Source: an uncultured Methylococcaceae bacterium
GTDB lineage: Bacteria > Pseudomonadota > Gammaproteobacteria > Methylococcales > Methylomonadaceae
Reading direction: 5' to 3'
Length of the DNA: 35,403 nt
Assembly: GCA_913009515.1 (NCBI GenBank)
Contig: CAJVYO010000001.1
Span: 1 to 35,403 of the forward strand
Shown here one piece after another: positions 28,089-35,403 of this stretch. The notes under the pieces were generated by a model, which saw only the letters and a program-made list of their open reading frames with translations, did not search any database and was not told the origin of the DNA. The position numbers and the translations under genes are program-made. Each line of letters opens with the position of its first letter. The first letter of the stretch is position 1.

Positions 28089-28354
28089 TATTTTTCAACC
28101 GCAGGGGCTGATTCTGCCTGCTCTGATTTTTTCACTCTAATTTTGCTGCCTAAAATATCTTTACCATTTAAATTTTTCATCGCCGCTTTGGCTTCACCTA
28201 TTTTAGGCATTTCAATAAATGCAAAACCCTTTGATATACCGGTTTCTTTATCCATTACTAAATCACACGATTGCACCTTGCCATAGGTTTCAAATAACAC
28301 ACGTAATTCAGCCTCTTTCATATTCCGTACCAGATTACGAATCAGTAATTTCAT
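28088..28354 (-). CDS. RRM RNA-binding protein
   Basis: RNP2 LLIRNL and RNP1 KGFAFIEM. Confidence 0.92.
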   Translation of the reverse strand: MKLLIRNLVRNMKEAELRVLFETYGKVQSCDLVMDKETGISKGFAFIEMPKIGEAKAAMKNLNGKDILGSKIRVKKSEQAESAPAVEK

Positions 28355-28414
28355 CTTGTTTGACCTAAAATAATTAAACGTTTTATATTAAAATATGTTG
28401 TACAGTACATCGGT

Positions 28415-28753
28415 TTACATATTGCTACCGCATTTCCCTTCACCACATTTACCTTCCATAGCCTTTGTTTTCGGCGTCTCTTTACCTTGTTTCATTTTAG
28501 GCATGGGTTTATTACCAGCACAACTACCTTCAGCTGTTTTTTCCAACGCACCTTCAGGCATCATTTTGGCACCACATTTCCCTTCACCACAGGCACCTTC
28601 TTGCATTTTTGAACTCTGTTTTTCAGCTAATTGCATATAACCTGATGCAAGTTCTTTTAATTCAAATGGGTTTTCACTTGCACTCACATTTACAGTTGCT
28701 AATAATGTCGTGCTGATTGCGGTTGCCATTAAAGGCATTTTTATTGTTTTCAT
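28415..28753 (-). CDS. HvfA-like secreted EGKCG-repeat protein (putative MNIO-modified RiPP / metal-binding precursor)
   Basis: Sec signal peptide, ENPF...L.SGY leader, and motifs EGACGEGKCG, EGSCAG, EGKCGEGKCG. Confidence 0.75.
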   Translation of the reverse strand: MKTIKMPLMATAISTTLLATVNVSASENPFELKELASGYMQLAEKQSSKMQEGACGEGKCGAKMMPEGALEKTAEGSCAGNKPMPKMKQGKETPKTKAMEGKCGEGKCGSNM

Positions 28754-28771
28754 GATGATAAACCTATCAAT

Positions 28772-30136
28772 TTAGTTAATTAAGAAAATAGTCGCTAAGC
28801 CTAAAAAGGACATAAAACCAATCACATCGGTGACGGTTGTTAATAACACCCCGCCCGCTAAAGCTGGGTCAATACCGCGTTTATGTAAAAATAATGGAAT
28901 TAACACCCCTGCTAGAGCTGCACAACTTAAAGTAATTACCATCGCTCCGCCTAACATAAGACCTAAGCTATAATTTGAGAACCAAAAACCAGCGACACTG
29001 GCAACAATGGTTGACCAAACTAAACCATTTAATGCCCCTACTGATAATTCTTTAAGTAAAAAAGAGCCGGCATTAGATGAAGAAATTTGATGTAAGGCTA
29101 ATCCTCGAATCACTAAGGTTAAGGTTTGGCTACCGGCAATCCCACCCATACTTGCCACCACTGGCATTAAGACGGCTAAAGCCACAATTTCTTCGATAGT
29201 GGCTTCAAATAAACCAATCACCCATGATGCTAAAAAGGCGGTAAATAAATTAACCCCTAGCCACACAGCACGTCGTTTAGCACTGACTAAAACCGGTGAA
29301 AATAAGTCGTGTTCTTCGTCTAGCCCCGCCGAGATTAAAACAGCATGATCCGCTTCTTCGCGTACCACATCTAAGACTTCGTCTAAGGTAATACGCCCTT
29401 CAATACCGCCTTGCTCATTAACCACAGCCGCAGATATCATGTCTTTACGTTCAAAAATAAGCGCGACTTCTGAAACCGGCATATTTAAGCTAATCGCTTC
29501 GACTGTATCATTCATTAATGATGAAATTAACACGGCGGCTTTATTGGTTAACACACTCGAAATAGCGACCATGCCTTCATATTTACCGTTATCATCAACG
29601 ACAATTAAGCTATCCATATTCGATGGTAGTTTATCTTGCTGGCGTAAATACGCTAAAACACTGTCTACTGTTGAACTCTTTTTAACGGTCAATACATCTA
29701 AACGCATTAATCTTGCTGCGGTATGTCCATCATAAGACAATGCAGACTCAAGGCGGCTATCACTTTGAATATTGAGAATTTTTTCACGAATCGTCGCAGG
29801 AAAGTCACTGACTAAATCAGCAACCTCTCTTGATTCCAAGTGATTAACCGAGGCAATTAAATCTTTGGCCGAACTATGGTCAATCAAACCTACCCGCACT
29901 TCACCTTGCAATGCAACTAGCACTTCACCCATAACTTCTGTTGATATCACCGTCCAAATTTGATAACGATAATCAATCGGTAAAGACCTGAGTAACAACG
30001 CAATTTCAGTTGCATGTAAATCATGTAAATGAGCACGAGCATCATAAAGCGTGCCATTTTCTAGGTCATACATAATTTGTTCTAAATGTAACTCGGCGGT
30101 ATCTTGAGGTCGTACTGACATGTTCATCCTTTGCAT
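28772..30136 (-). CDS. mgtE: Magnesium transporter MgtE
   Basis: N domain, CBS pair, LAVLMPVVASMGGIAGSQ and DPALAGGVLLTTVTDVIG. Confidence 0.95.
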   Translation of the reverse strand: MQRMNMSVRPQDTAELHLEQIMYDLENGTLYDARAHLHDLHATEIALLLRSLPIDYRYQIWTVISTEVMGEVLVALQGEVRVGLIDHSSAKDLIASVNHLESREVADLVSDFPATIREKILNIQSDSRLESALSYDGHTAARLMRLDVLTVKKSSTVDSVLAYLRQQDKLPSNMDSLIVVDDNGKYEGMVAISSVLTNKAAVLISSLMNDTVEAISLNMPVSEVALIFERKDMISAAVVNEQGGIEGRITLDEVLDVVREEADHAVLISAGLDEEHDLFSPVLVSAKRRAVWLGVNLFTAFLASWVIGLFEATIEEIVALAVLMPVVASMGGIAGSQTLTLVIRGLALHQISSSNAGSFLLKELSVGALNGLVWSTIVASVAGFWFSNYSLGLMLGGAMVITLSCAALAGVLIPLFLHKRGIDPALAGGVLLTTVTDVIGFMSFLGLATIFLIN

Positions 30137-30208
30137 CTATGTGTAATGGAAGCGTAAATTCAATCTATAACCAGCCTTTATTAAAGCCAGTTATAGATAA
30201 ATTTTACA

Positions 30209-30240
30209 AACATAAGGTAAATAATCATTTACCTTATGTT
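30209..30240 (-). terminator. Hairpin downstream of hpf (probable terminator)
   Basis: Perfect 14-bp inverted repeat AACATAAGGTAAAT-aatc-ATTTACCTTATGTT. Confidence 0.65.
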
Positions 30241-30253
30241 CAAACTGAAAAAA

Positions 30254-30547
30254 TTAACCGCGATGCGATTGTATTTTTTCTTTATGTTTAATAATTTGGC
30301 GATCTAGTTTAGAGACCATATGATCGATAGCGACATACATGTCTTCTTGCGTATCTTCAGCAAATAAATTTGCACCACTTAAATGAACGGTTGCTTCTGC
30401 TTTTTGCTCTAATTTTTCAACTGTCAAAATAACATGTATATCCATAACATGATCAAAATGACGTTTTAATTTACCTATTTTATCTTCAACGCTTTGTTTC
30501 ATCGCGTCTGTTACGTCGATATGATGACCTGTGATACTAATTTGCAT
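30254..30547 (-). CDS. hpf: Ribosome hibernation promoting factor
   Basis: MQISITGHHIDVT...DMYVAID...KLDRQ. Lies directly after rpoN. Confidence 0.95.
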   Translation of the reverse strand: MQISITGHHIDVTDAMKQSVEDKIGKLKRHFDHVMDIHVILTVEKLEQKAEATVHLSGANLFAEDTQEDMYVAIDHMVSKLDRQIIKHKEKIQSHRG

Positions 30548-30618
30548 AATTTTAAACTCCTAATAATCTTTAAAAAACAATTGTCATTATACTACACGTT
30601 CACTGTCGGGCGTGACTT

Positions 30619-32076
30619 TTAAAACAGTCGCTTCCGCTGGCTTGACGAGGGAATAGCCAGTGCTTCACGGTACTTTGCAATCGTGCGCCGCGCCACATTA
30701 ATGCCTTTTTCTGCTAAAAAATCAGCTATCTTCTTATCACTTAAGGGTTTAACCTGATTTTCATGCTCAATTAACTCTTGAATAAATGCCCGAATAGCGG
30801 TTGCGGAACATTCGCCGCCACTGGCAGTCGACACATGACTTGAAAAAAAATATTTTAATTCCACAATCCCTGTTGGTAAATGCATATATTTTTGGGTTGT
30901 CACCCGAGAAATAGTCGATTCATGCAGCCCTAAATCTTCGGCAATTTCCTTTAGCACCAGAGGCTTCATCGCCATATCACCCTGCTCTAAAAAATCTAAC
31001 TGCCGTTCAATAATACTACAGCCTACTCTGAGCAAAGTATCATTACGGCTATGTAAACTTTTGATAAACCAACGCGCTTCTTGTAAATGTTCACGCAACC
31101 GCACGTTATCATCATCCTTTTTTCCCCGCTGAATCATTTTTGAATACACCGTATTCACTTGTAACTTAGGTGAAATATCAGGATTCAAACTCACTCGCCA
31201 TTCACCCGATGCGGTTTTCTGTACAAATAAATCCGGCACCACACAATCTGATACCACGGTAGCAATACTTTCGCCCGGTCTAGGCTCTAAAGAACGCACT
31301 AATGCGGTTACTTCCGCCAATTCTATCTCGGACAAAGCTAAACGTCTTAATAATTTTGCTTTATTCTGTGATGCTAAATCATCTAAAAACTCATTCACTA
31401 ACCGTAATGCACTCACCTTAAAAGGCGTATCGTCATCTAATTCTGCTAACTGTATACTTAAACAGTCTTTTAAATTTTCTGCCGCCACGCCAATGGGGTC
31501 AAAACGCTGGACACGATGCAAGACCGCCTTAACTTCGTCTAAGGTTAATTCCTCTAATGTATCGCCTAAACTGTCGAAAATCTCATTAATCGCCACCATC
31601 AAATAACCGGATGTGCCAACTGAATCAATAATCGCTAACGCAATTTCACGATCTCTTGCAGATAACGGTGCCATTTCCACCTGCCATATTAAATGCTTAT
31701 ATAAACTATCAGGCTCACTACGTTGTGCTGCAAAATCTGCATTTTCCGTGACTGCATTAGTGACTTTGATTCCCGTTTGCTGTGGTTCAAACACATCATC
31801 CCAAGAACTATCAACCGCTAATTCATTGGGCATTAGCTCTTCTGAGCCTTCACTATTTATCTCATCAGTTTGATTATCAACTTTATCTTCTGTGATTGGC
31901 TGTTCATTTGCACCCAGATTATCCTCAATCACTTCGAGCATAATATTAGAATCTAATGCCTGTTGTATTTCTTGCTGTAAATCCAAAGTAGACAGTTGTA
32001 ATAATTTAATCGCCTGCTGTAATTGCGGGGTCATCGATAATTGCTGCCCCATACGCAGTTGTAATGATTGTTTCAT
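30619..32076 (-). CDS. rpoN: RNA polymerase sigma-54 factor
   Basis: MTPQLQQAIKLLQL, LHESTISR and RpoN box VARRTIAKYRE. Confidence 0.98.
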   Translation of the reverse strand: MKQSLQLRMGQQLSMTPQLQQAIKLLQLSTLDLQQEIQQALDSNIMLEVIEDNLGANEQPITEDKVDNQTDEINSEGSEELMPNELAVDSSWDDVFEPQQTGIKVTNAVTENADFAAQRSEPDSLYKHLIWQVEMAPLSARDREIALAIIDSVGTSGYLMVAINEIFDSLGDTLEELTLDEVKAVLHRVQRFDPIGVAAENLKDCLSIQLAELDDDTPFKVSALRLVNEFLDDLASQNKAKLLRRLALSEIELAEVTALVRSLEPRPGESIATVVSDCVVPDLFVQKTASGEWRVSLNPDISPKLQVNTVYSKMIQRGKKDDDNVRLREHLQEARWFIKSLHSRNDTLLRVGCSIIERQLDFLEQGDMAMKPLVLKEIAEDLGLHESTISRVTTQKYMHLPTGIVELKYFFSSHVSTASGGECSATAIRAFIQELIEHENQVKPLSDKKIADFLAEKGINVARRTIAKYREALAIPSSSQRKRLF

Positions 32077-32119
32077 TAAATTTTCCTGTCTGTTACTAAG
32101 TCCAAATTAAAAATTGCCC

Positions 32120-32845
32120 TTACAAGCTAAAATCATCGCCTAAATAAACCTTGCGTACTTCTTCATTCGCAATAACCTCTGCCGTAGTGCCTTCTGCAAT
32201 CACGTTACCCGCATTAAGAATATAAGCTCGATCACAAATGCCCAATGTTTCGCGAACATTATGTTCAGTAATTAATACCCCAATATTACGTTCTTTTAAA
32301 TGGGCGATAATACTTTGAATTTCTAAAACCGATAGCGGGTCAACGCCTGCAAAGGGTTCATCTAATAAAATAAATTCAGGATCAGTTGCTAATGCACGGG
32401 CTATTTCCACTCGTCGCCGCTCACCACCTGATAACGCCATGCCCTTACTTTCTCGAATATGGCTAATACTAAATTCATTTAATAAATCATCAATAATCAT
32501 GTTTATTTGCGGCTTTTTCAGGTCTTTGCGTAACTCTAATACTGCCCGTAAATTATCTTCTACGCTCAACTTTCTAAACACTGATGCTTCTTGCGGCAAA
32601 TAACCCACTCCCATTTGAGCTCGTTTGTGCATCGGATAATGCGTAATATCTAACTCGTTATAAAAAATAGCTCCGCCATCAGTACGCACTAAACCCACTA
32701 ACATATAAAAGCTGGTGGTTTTTCCTGCTCCATTCGGGCCTAATAAGCCCACGATTTCATTACTCTGTACGTGTAATGACACGTCATTCACCACCTGACG
32801 CTTACCATATTGCTTCATAATATGTTGAGCCGCTAACATAGCCAT
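32120..32845 (-). CDS. lptB: LPS export ABC transporter ATP-binding protein
   Basis: [33 protein letters not shown] and [11 protein letters not shown]. Confidence 0.97.
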   Translation of the reverse strand: MAMLAAQHIMKQYGKRQVVNDVSLHVQSNEIVGLLGPNGAGKTTSFYMLVGLVRTDGGAIFYNELDITHYPMHKRAQMGVGYLPQEASVFRKLSVEDNLRAVLELRKDLKKPQINMIIDDLLNEFSISHIRESKGMALSGGERRRVEIARALATDPEFILLDEPFAGVDPLSVLEIQSIIAHLKERNIGVLITEHNVRETLGICDRAYILNAGNVIAEGTTAEVIANEEVRKVYLGDDFSL

Positions 32846-32848
32846 CGT

Positions 32849-33385
32849 TTACAACCCTAGCTCATTATTTTTGTCGGGTATGTCTTTACTCGAACGCAAA
32901 ATAACATGCACTCTTTGATTTACCAGACTTTCATCACCCGCCTTAATAATTTCACTAATACGGTCATACACAATACGTTCACTTGCGGTACTATTCTCAC
33001 CCTGCCAAACCTGTGCTTGTTGCGTCATAATTAAGACTCTAATTTTAGTCTTATATTCCATCACTAATGAGTGACCATGCACATCTTCTTTGCCCTCTTC
33101 AGGGGTTTGGGTAAATTTAACCGGCTTACCGGTAGCAATTAATTTATAAATATCGCGGTCTTTACTAAAAACGCTCACTTTATCTGCCTCTAAGGTCATA
33201 TTTCCCTGTTTAATCACTACTTGACCGGTATAAATACTTAAACCTTGTTTTTCATCATAAAACCCTGCATCTGATTCCAAAGTAATTGCATCATCAAGCG
33301 GTTGCTCAAGCTCATCAGCTACCGCTATTAAAGGCTGACTGCCGAGTAATAACACTAAATAAGCGATTAATACTTTAATGAACAT
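32849..33385 (-). CDS. lptA: LPS transport periplasmic protein LptA
   Basis: OstA-like YTGQVVIKQG and ATGKPVKF motifs; position between lptC and lptB. Confidence 0.88.
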   Translation of the reverse strand: MFIKVLIAYLVLLLGSQPLIAVADELEQPLDDAITLESDAGFYDEKQGLSIYTGQVVIKQGNMTLEADKVSVFSKDRDIYKLIATGKPVKFTQTPEEGKEDVHGHSLVMEYKTKIRVLIMTQQAQVWQGENSTASERIVYDRISEIIKAGDESLVNQRVHVILRSSKDIPDKNNELGL

Positions 33386-33959
33386 GACGTCTGCCCTTCA
33401 CTGCTTTTAATAATTTAATATATAAAGGCTGTTGATAAAAAAATTCTAGCCCAATGCCTGATATAACTTCTGAATTTGTGGTTAATTCCGCCCATGCGGC
33501 GGTTTCTGCATATGCTTTATCAGGCTCCAACATTAAATCCCGTGTTTTAATTTTAATCGCTCCTAACTGTGCTGACTTGCTTGCCGCACGGCTAATCAGT
33601 ACCGCATCGTTTAAAAAAATAGTTTGCCCATTTGCTGACATGCGCCCTGATTCTGCATTAATTACCCAAGGCGGTATCGTATTTTCTACTTGGTACACCG
33701 TCACAATCGGATCATTAAATTGCATCTCATCATTATGGCTTTCATGTTGCAGTGAACTTGCATCTAAACGCTGTACGGGTATACCTTGTTCGTTCATTTC
33801 AATTTTAGTGTAACCTTTGGAAAAATAATCGATTTTACTGTATTCAGCGACCTTAACCACTTTAAGCAACGGTGCTTTAGCTTGATTCAGTAACCAAATA
33901 GAGCTTAAAAAAACCAGTACTAATACAATACTGCCTTTATACGCTAATAAATTCATCAA
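33375..33959 (-). CDS. lptC: LPS export protein LptC
   Basis: N-terminal TM and PW.I.AESG motif; kdsC-lptC-lptA synteny. Confidence 0.85.
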   Translation of the reverse strand: MMNLLAYKGSIVLVLVFLSSIWLLNQAKAPLLKVVKVAEYSKIDYFSKGYTKIEMNEQGIPVQRLDASSLQHESHNDEMQFNDPIVTVYQVENTIPPWVINAESGRMSANGQTIFLNDAVLISRAASKSAQLGAIKIKTRDLMLEPDKAYAETAAWAELTTNSEVISGIGLEFFYQQPLYIKLLKAVKGRRHVH

Positions 33960-34499
33960 TTAAGCACAATAACTAGCGACAATAGCGTCTAATTGGTTTT
34001 GAGCTTGCAAAATAACATCGCACACTTCTCGCACTGCTCCTTGCCCGCCTAATGCCTTAGTTTGCCATGCAACATAAGGTAAAATAAATTCATTTGCATC
34101 TTGCACTGCAATCGGCAAACCTACTTGCGTCAGCACCGGTAAATCAATTAAATCATCGCCTACATACGCTACTTGCTCCGCGCCACAGCCCACCGTCGCT
34201 AAAATTTCTTTAAACGCAATTCGCTTATCAGATTGCCCTAAATACACTAATTCAATACCTAAATTTTTCATTCTTAAGGCAACCGGTTTTGAAGCCCGAC
34301 CTGAAATAACTGCCACCTTAATACCGACACGCTGCATCAAACGAATCCCTAAACCATCTTGGGTATTAAAGCCCTTATATTCTTGCCCTTTATTGTCAAA
34401 AAATAAACGGGCATCGGTCAACACCCCATCGACATCAAGCACCAATAATTCTATTTTTTTTGCTTTCTCTAAAATCTCACTGTTTAGCTTATCGACCAT
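33960..34499 (-). CDS. kdsC: KDO 8-phosphate phosphatase
   Basis: DVDGVLTD, GDDLIDL and GGQGAVREVCD motifs. Confidence 0.95.
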   Translation of the reverse strand: MVDKLNSEILEKAKKIELLVLDVDGVLTDARLFFDNKGQEYKGFNTQDGLGIRLMQRVGIKVAVISGRASKPVALRMKNLGIELVYLGQSDKRIAFKEILATVGCGAEQVAYVGDDLIDLPVLTQVGLPIAVQDANEFILPYVAWQTKALGGQGAVREVCDVILQAQNQLDAIVASYCA

Positions 34500-34586
34500 C
34501 TTAATTATATTTACATTGAATAAAAAATTTCTTAAGCTAATATTGTGCCATAAATAATATTTTTAACCACTGCCTTTTAAAATTCT

Positions 34587-35403
34587 ATGTCAAAAAAACA
34601 CACTCACCTACTGTGGATAGTGATAAATACCTGTAAATTGATTTACCGTTACCCATGGCTATTATCGGTTTTTTTTATTTTGGGGGGAATTAATTATTAT
34701 TATGAAGTCAGTATTGCTCGCCCCAAACAAAGCTATCACGGTGTTCCACAGGCTCAACAGTGGCACAATTCTTCAGCATGGTTTCGAGTCTTACGCAATC
34801 CACATTTTATGATTGGTTATTCTGATTTACGCGGTAATCCGTTGTGGGTCAGCTATCAAATACAGCCTGTTGCTAAAAATAGCCGTTCTTTAAAGCGTCC
34901 GAGTTCGTTTAAATCTGATTGGCGTAGTTTGCATCGTGTAAAACATAAAGATTATACCGGCAGCGGTTATGACCGTGGGCATATGGCACCTAATTACGCT
35001 ATTTCCCGTTTATATGGAAAATCAGCCCAACTTGATAGCTTTTTTATGAGCAATATCACGCCACAACGTCCCAAGCTAAACCGCAAATTATGGCAGCGAC
35101 TGGAAGAAGTTGAAATTAATTATTTTACGAAACTCAGTGACAAAATATGGGTAATGACAGGTACTATTTTTGACGATAATTCAGCACATTTAAAATCAGC
35201 GGCTCATGTAAAAATACCGACTGCATTTTATAAAATATATATCAGGGAAGATAACAATGAAACACCTTATGCACTTGCGTTTATCATGCCACAAAACGTT
35301 AAAGGGACAGAAGCTTTAACACAGTATTTAAGCACGATTGATGAAATTGAACAGCGGACAGGATTAGATTTTTTCAGTGAATTAGAAGATGGTATAGAAG
35401 ATA
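34587..35403 (+). CDS. DNA/RNA non-specific endonuclease (NucA/EndoG type), truncated by the window end
   Basis: Absent from the ORF track. ATG 34587 reads MSKKHTHLLW..., with a hydrophobic N-terminal stretch, then DYTGSGYDRGHMAPN, FFMSNITPQRPKLNRKLWQRLE, IPTAFYK and IEQRTGLDFF. Confidence 0.9.
   Translation, partial: MSKKHTHLLWIVINTCKLIYRYPWLLSVFFILGGINYYYEVSIARPKQSYHGVPQAQQWHNSSAWFRVLRNPHFMIGYSDLRGNPLWVSYQIQPVAKNSRSLKRPSSFKSDWRSLHRVKHKDYTGSGYDRGHMAPNYAISRLYGKSAQLDSFFMSNITPQRPKLNRKLWQRLEEVEINYFTKLSDKIWVMTGTIFDDNSAHLKSAAHVKIPTAFYKIYIREDNNETPYALAFIMPQNVKGTEALTQYLSTIDEIEQRTGLDFFSELEDGIED

Noticed and set aside
28415-28600. Repeated CCTTCACCACA-type units as a CRISPR or DNA tandem repeat
   Set aside because: They are explained by the coding EGKCG repeats; there are no spacers or cas genes.
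30586-30591. TATAAT on the minus strand upstream of hpf
   Set aside because: No credible -35 or extended -10 element accompanies it, so it is not reported as a promoter.
307-33813. Numerous short alternative ORFs (e.g. 307-609, 1465-1788, 1917-2234, 4095-4451, 13097-13411, 28395-28640, 29439-29735, 33454-33813)
   Set aside because: They are antisense or out-of-frame shadows of well-supported genes and have no recognisable motifs.

Overview
AT-rich gammaproteobacterial chromosome window; a Methylococcales-like host is a tentative inference from gene order and protein style. (1) At 1-170 is the broken 3' end of an IS200/IS605 tnpA with its terminal hairpin. (2) At 276-16072 is a divergently transcribed biosynthetic cluster of about 16 kb. 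The minus-strand operon encodes a PltL/PltF/PltE-type proline-to-pyrrolyl-2-carboxyl-S-carrier module plus a stand-alone condensation/acyltransferase-like protein. The plus-strand run encodes an aryl-polyene/xanthomonadin-type type II PKS and membrane-anchoring set (TauE-like permease, PlsC acyltransferase, GT2, ACP, COG4648 membrane protein, LolA-like, MMPL, KS, CLF) and two flavin-dependent halogenases. The inferred product is a halogenated pyrrolyl-polyketide or pyrrolyl-polyene membrane lipid, which is the best novelty candidate. (3) Core genes murJ, rpsT and yciB-yciI-bolA-ppiC follow; the parvulin lipoprotein is fused in frame to an AT-rich Ig-like plus caspase (C14) module. (4) An LPP20/DUF4384/MltC-like lipoprotein operon follows. 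(5) An orphan HvfA-like (EGKCG-repeat) RiPP precursor lies directly behind mgtE. (6) kdsC-lptC-lptA-lptB-rpoN-hpf-mgtE lacks the usual kdsD and PTS-Ntr genes, and the window ends in a truncated non-specific endonuclease. No rRNA, tRNA or CRISPR array was seen. All family calls come from motif recognition by eye; no searches were run.
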